DNA of 64,000 nt. It comes from Candidatus Omnitrophota bacterium. GTDB lineage: Bacteria; Omnitrophota; Gorgyraeia; Zapsychrales; Fredricksoniimonadaceae. A model generated the notes under the pieces. The model ran no database searches and had not been told where the DNA came from. It saw nothing but the letters and a program-made list of their open reading frames with translations. Each line of letters starts with the position of its first letter. The stretch's first letter is position 1. The stretch covers positions 3,834 to 67,833 of the forward strand of contig JAUSEK010000015.1 in the NCBI GenBank assembly GCA_030650275.1, given 5' to 3'. The translations under genes were made by a program, and so were the position numbers. Below are positions 48,393 to 57,715 of this stretch, piece by piece.

Positions 48393-48434
48393 TAGTTTTT
48401 GCTATTTTTTGGATAAAGGATTGTCAATAACTGA

Positions 48435-48472
48435 AGTATAACACATTATATATAAGCGGCAAATTTTTGCAA
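48435..48472 (-). promoter_or_regulatory. Putative sigma70 promoter of the giant gene
   Basis: Minus strand TTGCAA-16 bp-TATAAT (48472-48445), plus TGnTATACT at ~48443-48435, in AT-rich intergenic DNA. Confidence 0.5.
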
Positions 48473-48612
48473 AATTTTTTACGCATTTATTTGCTTATAT
48501 TGCAATAGGTTACGTCTTTTCTCCAAAATTTTTTAAATATATTCCAAAACTTTGTTCTTATAAGTAATAAAAATATTAAGAAAGCGTTTTCTTTGTGAGC
48601 ACATGACTTACG

Positions 48613-48684
48613 GGAATTATGGGGACACAATACTTAATTCAGCGATCAAAGCCTAGGAATTAAGCATTATGCCCCCATAATTCC
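48613..48684. repeat. Imperfect 28-bp inverted repeat
   Basis: ggaattatggggacacaatacttaattc ... gaattaagcattatgcccccataattcc. Confidence 0.75.
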
Positions 48685-48805
48685 AGAATGGAAATTATCA
48701 GAATGGAAACTTATGTGTGGAATTCAGATTGGAAATTACAAGAATGGAAGAAATATTGCTTGAATGGGGCTGTTCTGAATGAAGTGGCTATCATCGGATC
48801 ATATC

Positions 48806-48851
48806 TTAAATTATTGTTGCAATAATTTAACATTTATGTTATTATTTTGAT
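48806..48851 (+). promoter_or_regulatory. abiE promoter with overlapping palindromic operator; probably leaderless
   Basis: TTGCAA (48817-22)-17 bp-TATTAT (48840-45) with extended TG; ATG at 48852; perfect 11-bp IR ttaaattattg-ttg-caataatttaa (48806-48830). Confidence 0.65.
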
Positions 48852-49490
48852 ATGGAATTCAATGAGTTTCTCAAAAAATACCAAAACCTGCCGCTTTTAA
48901 ATACTGATCTCCTTTTGACCGGAGAAACGGATCCCCGCTTATTACGGGTCCAGCTGTCGCGTTGGGTCAAAGCAGGGCATCTCTTTCGATTGAAACGGGG
49001 AGTCTATGCTTTTGCGCCGCACTTTCAAAAAATTCTCCCTTCGCCCTATCTGATCGCTTCAGTCCTGACCCGGCCATCCTATGTGAGCCTGGAAAAAGCC
49101 CTAGAATTCCATGGGCTCATTCCGGAGGCGGTTTTTACGGTCACATGTGTGACCACCAAAAGGCCGGGCCGGTTTGAAACACCGCTGGGGAGGTTCAGCT
49201 ACAATCACGTCCGGCCGCAATTGTTCTGGGGGTATGCTTCAGTCCTGCTTGAGGACCAGTCCGGATCCATGGCCCATCCGGAAAAAGCGCTTCTGGACCT
49301 TATTTATTTAAAGGCGCCGCGACTGACCAAAAATTATCTGGAGGGGCTGCGGCTGCAAAATTTTGAAAAGATCAACGCCGGTAGGCTGCTGGAATACGGC
49401 CGCAGGTTCAAGAAACCGCGCATGCTTCACGCGGCCGGGATGATCATCGCATATATGAAAAAAACGGCATCCACGGAGAAAAAACTATGA
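48852..49490 (+). CDS. abiEi: Type IV TA antitoxin, AbiEi family
   Basis: wHTH-like QLSRWVKAGHLFRLKRGVY; PSYVSLEKALEFHGLIPE; PEKALLDLIY; stop overlaps the start of the toxin gene. Confidence 0.85.
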   Translation: MEFNEFLKKYQNLPLLNTDLLLTGETDPRLLRVQLSRWVKAGHLFRLKRGVYAFAPHFQKILPSPYLIASVLTRPSYVSLEKALEFHGLIPEAVFTVTCVTTKRPGRFETPLGRFSYNHVRPQLFWGYASVLLEDQSGSMAHPEKALLDLIYLKAPRLTKNYLEGLRLQNFEKINAGRLLEYGRRFKKPRMLHAAGMIIAYMKKTASTEKKL

Positions 49491-50290
49491 AAGACCATTG
49501 TCTGGAGCTCGCCCGGCAACAGTCCGGTCCTTCCGAAAAATATAATGTCCTGCGGGAATACACGCAGGCCTATGTTCTCAACATCATGCAGGAGGCGGGG
49601 GCGCTGCGGTCTTGCGTGTTCGTCGGCGGAACGGCACTGCGCTTTCTGTATGATCTTCCGCGCTTTTCAGAAGACCTGGACTTCTGTGCGGTCGGCCCAT
49701 ACGATCTTGTGTTCGCTGACCTCCTGGGCAAGATCAAACAGGAGCTGGTCCTGGCCGGCTATGAGGTCAGCGTCACCTACAGCGACGATAAAACCGTTCA
49801 TTCGGCGTTTATCAAATTTGAAGGGCTGTTGTTCGAGGCCGGGCTTTCACGCTTAAAGAGCGAAAAATTCTCCATCAAGATCGAGATCGATACCAGGCCG
49901 CCCGGCGGCGCGGTCGTTGTGACAAGGGTCATCAATAAATTCTTCCCCATGGCGTTTTTAACGTATGACCTGCCGTCGTTGTTCGCCGGAAAGATGCACG
50001 CCGTCCTGAGCCGCAAATACGTCAAAGGACGGGATTATTACGATATCGCGTGGTATCTGTCTAAGCGCAAAGACCTGCTACCCAATCTTGCCCTGCTTTC
50101 CGCCGCGCTGGAACAAACGGGCTGGAAAGGACCGGCCGTGACCGGGGAAAACTGGCGGTCCGTTCTTGCGGCGCGGGTTGAACAAACGGATTGGAAGATC
50201 GTGGACCAGGACGTCAACAATTTCCTCGAGCGGCCAGAAGACCTGAAGGTGTTGACGAAAGAGAATGTTCTTCGATTGCTCGCAGAATAG
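49487..50290 (+). CDS. abiEii: Type IV TA toxin, AbiEii nucleotidyltransferase
   Basis: FVGGTALRFLYDLPRFSEDLDF; IKIEID; AGKMHAVLSR..KGRDYYDI. Confidence 0.9.
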   Translation: MKDHCLELARQQSGPSEKYNVLREYTQAYVLNIMQEAGALRSCVFVGGTALRFLYDLPRFSEDLDFCAVGPYDLVFADLLGKIKQELVLAGYEVSVTYSDDKTVHSAFIKFEGLLFEAGLSRLKSEKFSIKIEIDTRPPGGAVVVTRVINKFFPMAFLTYDLPSLFAGKMHAVLSRKYVKGRDYYDIAWYLSKRKDLLPNLALLSAALEQTGWKGPAVTGENWRSVLAARVEQTDWKIVDQDVNNFLERPEDLKVLTKENVLRLLAE

Positions 50291-50307
50291 GACGCTGTCT
50301 CTGTTTA

Positions 50308-51228
50308 TTATTTCCCGGCGCCCAAGGCCTGCAGGGGGTTATTTTGGATGAAATCAAGGAAAATAGGGCCAGCCACTAAAATAGCCACCACCGGGAAGAT
50401 AAAGAACAGGAGGGGAATAAGCATTTTCAAAGGGGCTTTTAAGGCCACGGTCTCCCCGCGCCTGAAACGGGCCTCGCGCATATCTTCGGAAAGGATGTTG
50501 AGGGCCTCGCTCACCGAGGTCCCCATGCGGTCGGCCTGAATGAGGGTGCGGGAAAAGGTGGAGAGATCCGGCATCTCATATTTGCGGGCCATGTCGCGCA
50601 AGGCGTCGCGCCGCGGCTTGCCCACGTTGATCTCCTGCATCATGCTTTTCAATTCCTCAATGATCACCGAACCGTGGGACTTTTCCACCACGTATTTGAG
50701 CGCCATCATGAAATCCAGTCCCGCGTTGACGCAAAGCCCCAGCAAGTCCACCGTATCCGGCAATTCGCGCAAAATCGTGTCCCTGACTTTCTTGATGCGC
50801 GCCTTCAGCCACAACTCGGGAAGCATATATCCGGCCGCGATGCTCATCAGAACAGAAAACAGCAGGATCTCCTTGCCGACGTAGGACACGCTGGTCCACA
50901 AAAAAATGAGGACCAGGATCTCCTTGATCAAAAAGAATTCCTCGACGGAAATAGCGGTCCTGCTCATTCCTAAGTCCGTGGCCATGCGCCTGCCCAAAGG
51001 CAAAACAGCCAACGGCTTATTAAAAAAAGCCAATTTGCTGATCATGCTAAAAATGAGCTGCAGCGGCTTTTTTTTCTTCGGCTTGACCGTAACAGGCGGC
51101 TCCATGCCTTCAACGGTGAAACTGCCAACGGGGTTTAATTTCAATGTCGGGCGGCCCTTGACAGGCATCAAAGCCAGGGCCAGGGCAAAGACGGCAAAAA
51201 AGGCGAACATCAGTGACAAGACGAGCAT
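50308..51228 (-). CDS. tadC: Tad pilus platform protein TadC (T2SS F family)
   Basis: LPDTVDLLGLCVNAGLDF, GKPRRDAL, QADRMGTSVSEAL, KAPLKMLIPLLFFIFP. Confidence 0.9.
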   Translation of the reverse strand: MLVLSLMFAFFAVFALALALMPVKGRPTLKLNPVGSFTVEGMEPPVTVKPKKKKPLQLIFSMISKLAFFNKPLAVLPLGRRMATDLGMSRTAISVEEFFLIKEILVLIFLWTSVSYVGKEILLFSVLMSIAAGYMLPELWLKARIKKVRDTILRELPDTVDLLGLCVNAGLDFMMALKYVVEKSHGSVIIEELKSMMQEINVGKPRRDALRDMARKYEMPDLSTFSRTLIQADRMGTSVSEALNILSEDMREARFRRGETVALKAPLKMLIPLLFFIFPVVAILVAGPIFLDFIQNNPLQALGAGK

Positions 51229-51244
51229 GGCTATCTCCCGGTAA

Positions 51245-51322
51245 TTGTCATTCCCGAATGCTTCTGTCGGGAATCCAGTGCATTAGTGTCTGGACCCCCG
51301 ACAAATACATTCGGGGGTGACA
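51245..51322. repeat. REP doublet (two inverted palindromic units) between tadB and tadC
   Basis: ttgtcattcccgaatgcttctgtcgggaatccag (51245-78) and ctggacccccgacaaatacattcgggggtgaca (51290-322). Confidence 0.85.
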
Positions 51323-51331
51323 GCGCTAATA

Positions 51332-52186
51332 TTAAATGTCCTTGAACGTTGATATCTTCAAAATACTCAACGCCCCCACCACCCACAAAACCAGACAGAG
51401 GGCCACCAATTTCTGTCCGTCGGGGGTGTGGAGCATGGGGTCAAAAAATTTGGGATTGGTCGCCGAAACGCCGAAGACGAAAACCACCGGCAACCCGGTC
51501 ATGACCGCGGCCTGGATCTTGCCCTGCACGGTCAGGGTCTGGAGATTCTGCTCGATCTTCCTGCGTTCGCGTATGGTGGTGACGATGCGCGAAAAAATGA
51601 GCGGCAAATTTCCGCCGGTCTCGCGCGCTAATAAAATGGCGGTGATCATCTGCTGAAGGCCGGGGGAGGGCATGCGCTGGTAGAGCCGGTTGAGCGACTC
51701 GTCGAGCGCAACGCCCATTTTATTCTCGCCGAGCACGATGCCGAATTCCTGCCTGATGGGCTCCGGCATTTCCTCCGTGACCGCCTCAACCGCCTGGATC
51801 AAGCTCAAGCCCCCGCGAAAAGAACTGGACATGATCATCAGCGCGTCCATCAATTGATCGTTGAATTTCGCTTTGCGGTCCCTGATGATCTTCGCGACAT
51901 ACAGCCGCGGGATAATGGCCCCCAGCGCGATCCCGACAAAGATCCCGAATACCCGCGCGTCATGAAAAAAAACAAACCCCGCCAGACCAAGGGCGGCCGG
52001 CGCGATGATCTGCAGGCGGTAGGCCTTTTGAAAATCCCGGCCCTGCAAATGAACGTCAACCTTTAAAGCAAGGTCCTTGGCGTTCTTTTCATTCATTTCC
52101 CTGGTCTTGGCAATGACCACGGGAACAAGGGTATAAGACAGCACGCCGGCACAAATGAAAAACAAAAACAAGGTCATTTCAAACAT
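51332..52186 (-). CDS. tadB: Tad pilus platform protein TadB
   Basis: QLMDALMIMSSSFRGGLSL, PEPIRQEF, ETGGNL, TIRERRKI..LTVQGKIQA. Confidence 0.9.
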   Translation of the reverse strand: MFEMTLFLFFICAGVLSYTLVPVVIAKTREMNEKNAKDLALKVDVHLQGRDFQKAYRLQIIAPAALGLAGFVFFHDARVFGIFVGIALGAIIPRLYVAKIIRDRKAKFNDQLMDALMIMSSSFRGGLSLIQAVEAVTEEMPEPIRQEFGIVLGENKMGVALDESLNRLYQRMPSPGLQQMITAILLARETGGNLPLIFSRIVTTIRERRKIEQNLQTLTVQGKIQAAVMTGLPVVFVFGVSATNPKFFDPMLHTPDGQKLVALCLVLWVVGALSILKISTFKDI

Positions 52187-52215
52187 GATACCGCGCTCCT
52201 AAACATGTGTTTTCA

Positions 52216-52569
52216 TCAGTAATACGGGTCGCTGTTGGGTTCGCGACAATTGCCGGAACATCCCTGGATAATGCCCGCTTCACACGCGGCAACATCAACA
52301 GCCGTGACGCAGGCGCGACGGCCGTTGTCGAAACAACGCTCATCATACCATGTCCTTGTGGCCGTATCGTGGGCGCACTCAACGGTGCGTTTGGGATCGT
52401 ATTGCCGGCCGAACGCAAAAGAATCGCCGGCGGTTTTCCATCGTCCGTAAAAGGCGCGCACAATAGGGCCTTTCATCCAAAACAGCGCCGCTAAAATGAT
52501 CGCGATCAAAAGCGCGTATTCAATGACGGCGCGACCGCGATTTCTAGCGACCCAGTGTGTTCTCATCAA
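52216..52569 (-). CDS. Flp/TadE-like minor pilin with Cys-containing tail
   Basis: RG|RAVIEYALLIAIILAAL; GRWK..GD....RQYDP. Confidence 0.75.
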   Translation of the reverse strand: MMRTHWVARNRGRAVIEYALLIAIILAALFWMKGPIVRAFYGRWKTAGDSFAFGRQYDPKRTVECAHDTATRTWYDERCFDNGRRACVTAVDVAACEAGIIQGCSGNCREPNSDPYY

Positions 52570-55500
52570 AGGCTCCGGCAGGGCAGGGGACGAATTTGAC
52601 TTCCATGTGATTCGTCGACCGGTTGCCTGTATACACGGCGCATACCGTGGTCTTGGTCCCCTGGCTCAATAATGAATCCACCGTGGCCCAGCAACTCGCG
52701 GGGATCGTATTGAAGGGATCGCTGCCAACAGTATTGAGCATGAACGCCTGCCCGACCGATTGTTGGTCCGCCGCGGTCCCGCTGTTGATAACATAATTTC
52801 CCGCAATACCCAAACCCTGTCTCTGGCAGGCGGACAGCCCGGCGGCCGATCCCGGCACTGTGCCGGGTTTGCCAAAATGAAAATTCCACACCGGAACCGT
52901 ATTATTGAACGTCGTTGTCGCCGGGCGTTCTTCATCCCAGCGGGTGACGCGCGTCAGGACCCGGCCGTCGTAATCTTTTAACTCGGAGTGTTGTCTCGTC
53001 CACAAAAACCCGTCGGTGTCTACTTCAATATGCGGCAGATTGTCACGGTTGCCCGTGCCATACTCGCACATGCCCGCCACCGGGCATTTGCCAGGCCCCA
53101 TGCCTTCGGCCCGGACCATATGCCAATGCTGTGCCCTTGACGGATTTTTGGGATCAACGGGGCTTTGCCAGCCATACACAAGAAAATTAGGCATCTTGTC
53201 AAGATACAGCTGATAGTCCTGAAGGACAAGGAACAAAGACGGCACCGGCCGCTGGTCCGGATCGATCGTTCCGTCGGCAAGCATGGTCCCATACAGAAAA
53301 TTATCCAGCATCATCTTGCCGTGAGCGACCGTTCCCAGCGCCGCTTTGGTATTGCCCTTGATCGTTCTTAAATGTTCCTTCCTGGCCGTGAATTGCGCCG
53401 ACTGCGGCCCGGACAGATCATAGCTGTCATCCACCCATTTCTTATACAGCGATGGGGTCGCGCATGGGTCAAAGGCGGGCACGGGGCAATTTTGTGGCTG
53501 TTCAGGAGGAGCGGGTTCGCACACCAAAGACCGCGGCAATTCTTGGCAGACCGCCGGCAATGACGGGCACAGAACGCCCGACACGCTGCTTGCGCATGCC
53601 TGAAGATCGGCAAGACTATTCTGCTTGGCCGTTTCGCACGCAGAGATCTGTGCCTGGGTGCCGGTGCATATCTGGGCGGACACATCGGCAATTTGTTGTG
53701 CGATCCCGTTAAGTACCGCGGCCTTGGCGCTTGCGTCGCATGGATCAAACGAGGCGGCACAGCTGGGCGTCGCACAAGACAGGGCATCCAAAGCATCCTT
53801 GCATGTCTTGAAACGAACATCATTGGTTGAATTCCAGTCCAGGCATGCGATGACGCTGTTCAGCGATCCCCACGGGTTGCCTTTGAATTGGCCGGGGTTG
53901 GAATAGCAGCCGGGACAGGTGTCAAAGGTTTTGGTATAATCAATCTCATCGGGGGTCATTTGCGCATATTGAGGGTCGCTCTCACGCGGCATGCACCAGG
54001 CATTGAACTGCGGAAAAACATACGGTGTTATACCAAGGAACAGTCCCCTGTCGTGATAATCCTTCAAAAGATCATCCGTGGTCACGTCATCCTCGTCGCT
54101 GTTGAGCCAGGCCGTCAATGTCAGCCGCCAGGCCGTCAACCTGTTCTCAAATCGATACAAAACCCCGCCGCCCTCCTGGCAGATCAGGGCATTGCTGCCG
54201 TCGCATTCGGGGCCGATCCACACCGCGGCTTCCGGATACCATTCCTTCAAATTGGCCCTCAAAGTGTCATCATCCTGCGCTAAAAGCAGTTTGGCCCAGG
54301 CGTAGAACCCTTTCAGGGAATAAACGATGTCGTCCATCGGGTCTTCCGGCCAGTCCGCGGCTGTGGCCGGCGTGCACTTGGGGCAGGAAGTTCTGGTGCA
54401 GGCGTTTCTGGGACATTCATTATACGGCCATGTGGTGGAACAATACTGGTCTGCCCCTTCTCTCCACCAGAACCCGTTCGGGTCAAGACCGGGCTTATCC
54501 GCACAAAAGGGGGCCCGTGAGCAGAGCGGACTATCCGGGTTCACGCAATCTGGGTCATTTGGGTCCGGGCCCACCGCATGAAAAATTTGAGAGATCTTAA
54601 CCTTATCCGGCCTGCGATAGTCCCTGACACCGCCGGGGCCCGGGATCCTTAGGCCATCGCCGGTATTGCGCATGTCACCCATGTCCCAGAACAGGGAAAA
54701 TATGCCTTTGGCCTCAGCTTGGCGATCCTTGAACACTTTCTTTTCTACGTCAACCCCGAACGTGGCCAGAAAACTTGTGCCGCCGGAATATTTCGGATAG
54801 GTGGGGTCATAAATAAACGGAAAGGATGGGTCCGCTGCCGCGCATTGGGCCGGCACGGTAAGCAGACAACTGGCGGGCCGCAGGCGCTTGCCGTTGAAGG
54901 TCAGGGGCACACAGCACTTGTTGCAATGCGGATCACTGTTGGGCGTGCCATCCGGATTTTTCGGGCAGGCCTCTGTTATTTCTCCCAGCAAGGTGCCTAA
55001 CCCATCCAGGAAAACGGTAAGGTCCATGCCTGACATCGCTCTTTTAAGGGCTTTCAGGCGTTCGGTATAAAAAAATCCATACCGGCCGATCTTATCGTCG
55101 GAAGCGGGCCCGAATTTCCCGTTGGTATTGATGTCAAAATAATCAATGATCTTGCCCTGGTCCGAGACCAAACTTTGCGCGCCGGCGGACAAGCCCTGTT
55201 CCAAAAACCGGTCCTTGAGGGGCAATTTGGTATGCATTTGGTTGAAGGCCTTCACGGTCTTCACATCATTATAGACCGTGATCAGTGTGGCGGCCGCTCC
55301 CCCTATGGCTAAAGTGATCATGACGGCCGCAAGATGGGTGCCGGCCCCGGCTGTAAAATATATAATAAGGGCGGCGGCAATGAAGCTAAGAGCAACGACA
55401 ACCCAGCGCGCGAAACCGGACTTTTCAAAGCCCCCGCCCAGCGAGCTTTGGATCAGGGACTCGCCATAACTGGCAATGCCCGAAACAGTGTTGGCGGCCG

Positions 55501-55642
55501 CATTGGTGGCTGCCGTGGTCGTCATGTTCTTGATCTGCGACACGCGTCCCCAGTTGAGCGTGACGGCAAAAAAGATGAGCGCGATGGCGGCCAGTAAAAT
55601 AAGAACGAGGGCGGCTTGCCCTTTATAATTTTTCATAGTCAC
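52544..55642 (-). CDS. TadG-like large Cys-rich pilus-associated protein (1032 aa)
   Basis: KG|QAALVLILLAAIALIFFAVTLNWG..Q.K.....AA..AA N-terminus; about 38 Cys by manual count. Confidence 0.75.
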   Translation of the reverse strand: MTMKNYKGQAALVLILLAAIALIFFAVTLNWGRVSQIKNMTTTAATNAAANTVSGIASYGESLIQSSLGGGFEKSGFARWVVVALSFIAAALIIYFTAGAGTHLAAVMITLAIGGAAATLITVYNDVKTVKAFNQMHTKLPLKDRFLEQGLSAGAQSLVSDQGKIIDYFDINTNGKFGPASDDKIGRYGFFYTERLKALKRAMSGMDLTVFLDGLGTLLGEITEACPKNPDGTPNSDPHCNKCCVPLTFNGKRLRPASCLLTVPAQCAAADPSFPFIYDPTYPKYSGGTSFLATFGVDVEKKVFKDRQAEAKGIFSLFWDMGDMRNTGDGLRIPGPGGVRDYRRPDKVKISQIFHAVGPDPNDPDCVNPDSPLCSRAPFCADKPGLDPNGFWWREGADQYCSTTWPYNECPRNACTRTSCPKCTPATAADWPEDPMDDIVYSLKGFYAWAKLLLAQDDDTLRANLKEWYPEAAVWIGPECDGSNALICQEGGGVLYRFENRLTAWRLTLTAWLNSDEDDVTTDDLLKDYHDRGLFLGITPYVFPQFNAWCMPRESDPQYAQMTPDEIDYTKTFDTCPGCYSNPGQFKGNPWGSLNSVIACLDWNSTNDVRFKTCKDALDALSCATPSCAASFDPCDASAKAAVLNGIAQQIADVSAQICTGTQAQISACETAKQNSLADLQACASSVSGVLCPSLPAVCQELPRSLVCEPAPPEQPQNCPVPAFDPCATPSLYKKWVDDSYDLSGPQSAQFTARKEHLRTIKGNTKAALGTVAHGKMMLDNFLYGTMLADGTIDPDQRPVPSLFLVLQDYQLYLDKMPNFLVYGWQSPVDPKNPSRAQHWHMVRAEGMGPGKCPVAGMCEYGTGNRDNLPHIEVDTDGFLWTRQHSELKDYDGRVLTRVTRWDEERPATTTFNNTVPVWNFHFGKPGTVPGSAAGLSACQRQGLGIAGNYVINSGTAADQQSVGQAFMLNTVGSDPFNTIPASCWATVDSLLSQGTKTTVCAVYTGNRSTNHMEVKFVPCPAGAFDENTLGR

Positions 55643-55890
55643 TGCCCCAGATCCACCCCGGGAGAAGCGTTGATCCTCGAGGGGTGATAAGCGTTCGATT
55701 GCAACCGTTCCAGGTTCCCCGTGGTGATCGCTGTGTTAAAAGAAGCATCGTATGCGTACTGACGCTTGGCCACGTCCATACCGACCCAGCGGAACACCTG
55801 GACCATGCCGTAAAGCAAAAACATGGCCGCGATCATGGCGAACACGAATTCAATAGTAGACTGCCCGTTGAATTTCCTCCCCCTTGTCAT
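55639..55890 (-). CDS. TadE-like minor pilin (83 aa; start re-assigned to ATG 55890)
   Basis: MTRGRKFNG|QSTIEFVFAMIAAMFLL; ATGA overlap with the upstream gene. Confidence 0.75.
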   Translation of the reverse strand: MTRGRKFNGQSTIEFVFAMIAAMFLLYGMVQVFRWVGMDVAKRQYAYDASFNTAITTGNLERLQSNAYHPSRINASPGVDLGQ

Positions 55891-57344
55891 GGCGCTCCCC
55901 CCAAACGCAATTGCCCCGACGCGTCCGTTTTCCAAAAATGCCCCTGCTGGTCCAGCATCCGCGAACGCACGTACAAAATCTTGCTGGCGCTGTCGAAACA
56001 GGTCCTGGCGATATTGTTGACGGAAAAACAGCCACCGCACACCTCGACAGCGGGCACTTCACTGGGCACGCCGATACCCCCACACATGCGCCCCGTGTCA
56101 TTGGACAATTGTATTTTCCGCTCGACTAAGTCCACCTGGTCCTTGCGGTTGACCGAGCGGATGAATTTTCCATCGAGATCATACGCCTTGCCCTGATTTA
56201 TCAAAAGATGATTGCCTTTGGCTGAACCAAAAGCCGGCTTGGTATAGATCGCCATATCATTCAAAAGCCCTACTTTGCCGACAGCGGCATCCGGACTGGT
56301 CATATCAAGGTCGCCTTCCTGGGAATCGAACACCACGGCCCCGGTGGCAATGCCATCGTCGTTATAATCCACCTGATAGATCGTTTCCTCCTGGCCGTCT
56401 CCGTCCACGTCAAAGGAAGGGTAGGAGCCATGGTCGGCATCAATGTGCAAGGGCTTACCGTCATCCTCATTATCGTCCATGGCCTGCACACCCCTCCACT
56501 GCCAGGTCATGTTCGCGTACAAAGACGAGGGGGGATCATTGGAAAGGTTGTCATCATGGTTGAGGTCAAAGCGTTCCGGCCCTGTCAAAAGCCCCGGACA
56601 CTGGCCGGAGGAAACACAAAACCTTTTTTCCAGGGCCTCCTGCCTGATCTCATCGCTGGCATCCTCACTGATCTCATTGCCGTCCTCCATGTTGACGACG
56701 GTTTGATAAAAGATCGGGCATCCGCGGCCACTTTTGCATGAAGAATCCCAACCGCCGCGCTGCGGCGGATCATGGACGATCGGCACAGGAGGGGCCGGGC
56801 CCTCGCAACCAGGGTCCTCCTCCGGACAGGAAAAGGAAACAGGGGCCACATAGGTTGTGGTCTCAACAAGTCCAGCTTTCGCGGAATGCACCGGACCGCC
56901 GCTGGAGCCCAAAAATCTTTTATACACAAGCCGCGCCATCGAGAAGGTGAAATGTTTACCGTTGATGAACATGTCCATAACGGGGACATGTCTGGGGTCC
57001 TGCAATTCCGACATGTCCATCGGATACATGAGCAGGTTGGTCATGCTGCCCGATCCCTGGGCCGTGAACGGCGCGCGCTCGGTGGATCCGTATTTGCCGA
57101 AATCCGGGCTCAACCGGTCTTCCAGATAAAGCATGGAAGGGCTGATGCGGCTGGTGTCGCCGGGAGTGCTTTTGGAGGACTGCACAAGGGCGTTGCGCAT
57201 GGCCTTTAAGGAGGCGTCCTGGCCCTGGCCCGAAGAAACCGCGGAACGGATGATGGCGCCCAGCACAAAAATGATGATGGCGCCGAAGATCGCCAGTTCT
57301 ATGACGGCCTGCCCTGAGCAATGTCGAAGGGCCTGTCCTTTCAA
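55887..57344 (-). CDS. Pilin-like protein with large C-terminal domain (485 aa)
   Basis: SG|QAVIELAIFGAIIIFVLG; acidic DVDGDGQEE Ca-binding-like loop; paired Cys. Confidence 0.75.
   Translation of the reverse strand: MKGQALRHCSGQAVIELAIFGAIIIFVLGAIIRSAVSSGQGQDASLKAMRNALVQSSKSTPGDTSRISPSMLYLEDRLSPDFGKYGSTERAPFTAQGSGSMTNLLMYPMDMSELQDPRHVPVMDMFINGKHFTFSMARLVYKRFLGSSGGPVHSAKAGLVETTTYVAPVSFSCPEEDPGCEGPAPPVPIVHDPPQRGGWDSSCKSGRGCPIFYQTVVNMEDGNEISEDASDEIRQEALEKRFCVSSGQCPGLLTGPERFDLNHDDNLSNDPPSSLYANMTWQWRGVQAMDDNEDDGKPLHIDADHGSYPSFDVDGDGQEETIYQVDYNDDGIATGAVVFDSQEGDLDMTSPDAAVGKVGLLNDMAIYTKPAFGSAKGNHLLINQGKAYDLDGKFIRSVNRKDQVDLVERKIQLSNDTGRMCGGIGVPSEVPAVEVCGGCFSVNNIARTCFDSASKILYVRSRMLDQQGHFWKTDASGQLRLGGAP
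57309..57332. repeat. 24-bp element in frame in prepilin leader
   Basis: ctgccctgagcaatgtcgaagggc with ggcctg repeated 24 bp apart; protein MKGQA-LRHCSGQA-VIEL. Confidence 0.75.
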
Positions 57345-57673
57345 AATGCACCGTCCTGACCGACTTGCATGTAACTGTTACGTTGTTCCGACGAGCGAGT
57401 GTTATCATTACGAAAGGTGGTATTGCTCAACGTCGTGATCGTTGTGTCGGATTCGGTGGCGGCTGTATATTGGGTGGTGGAATTGGTCTGCTGGGGATCA
57501 TACTGGTCGGCAAAATCGTCAACGGCGCTCTTCCATCTGCCTTGCATGCCGCGCTTGACATAACTGCTCATGCTCAAAAAGACCGCGATGATGATAATGG
57601 TCAGGACCGTGAACTCAAGTATGCTTTGCGCCCGGTGATCTCTGCGATGTCTTTGAAAATATTTGAACACCAT
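57341..57673 (-). CDS. Minor pilin-like protein
   Basis: RA|QSILEFTVL; YVKRGMQGRWKSAVD....QYDP. Confidence 0.8.
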   Translation of the reverse strand: MVFKYFQRHRRDHRAQSILEFTVLTIIIIAVFLSMSSYVKRGMQGRWKSAVDDFADQYDPQQTNSTTQYTAATESDTTITTLSNTTFRNDNTRSSEQRNSYMQVGQDGAF

Positions 57674-57686
57674 GCTTTCTCCGACT

Positions 57687-57715
57687 GTACGGGCGACCCG
57701 GCGGGTCGCCCCTAC
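57687..57715. repeat. GTAG-type REP hairpin
   Basis: Minus strand GTAGGGGCGACCCGCCGGGTCGCCCGTAC; its TAG is the stop codon of the 57712 gene. Confidence 0.75.

Noticed and set aside
60-48441. Numerous + strand ORFs (e.g. 31374-33092, 572 aa; 8037-9026; 17610-18539; 20202-21116) and short minus-strand ORFs in other frames
   Set aside because: They are antisense or off-frame shadows of the giant ORF; the longest are codon-aligned with it and carry no recognisable motifs.
48684-48756. Possible CRISPR array
   Set aside because: Units are ~15 bp, degenerate and nearly contiguous, with no spacers and no cas genes.
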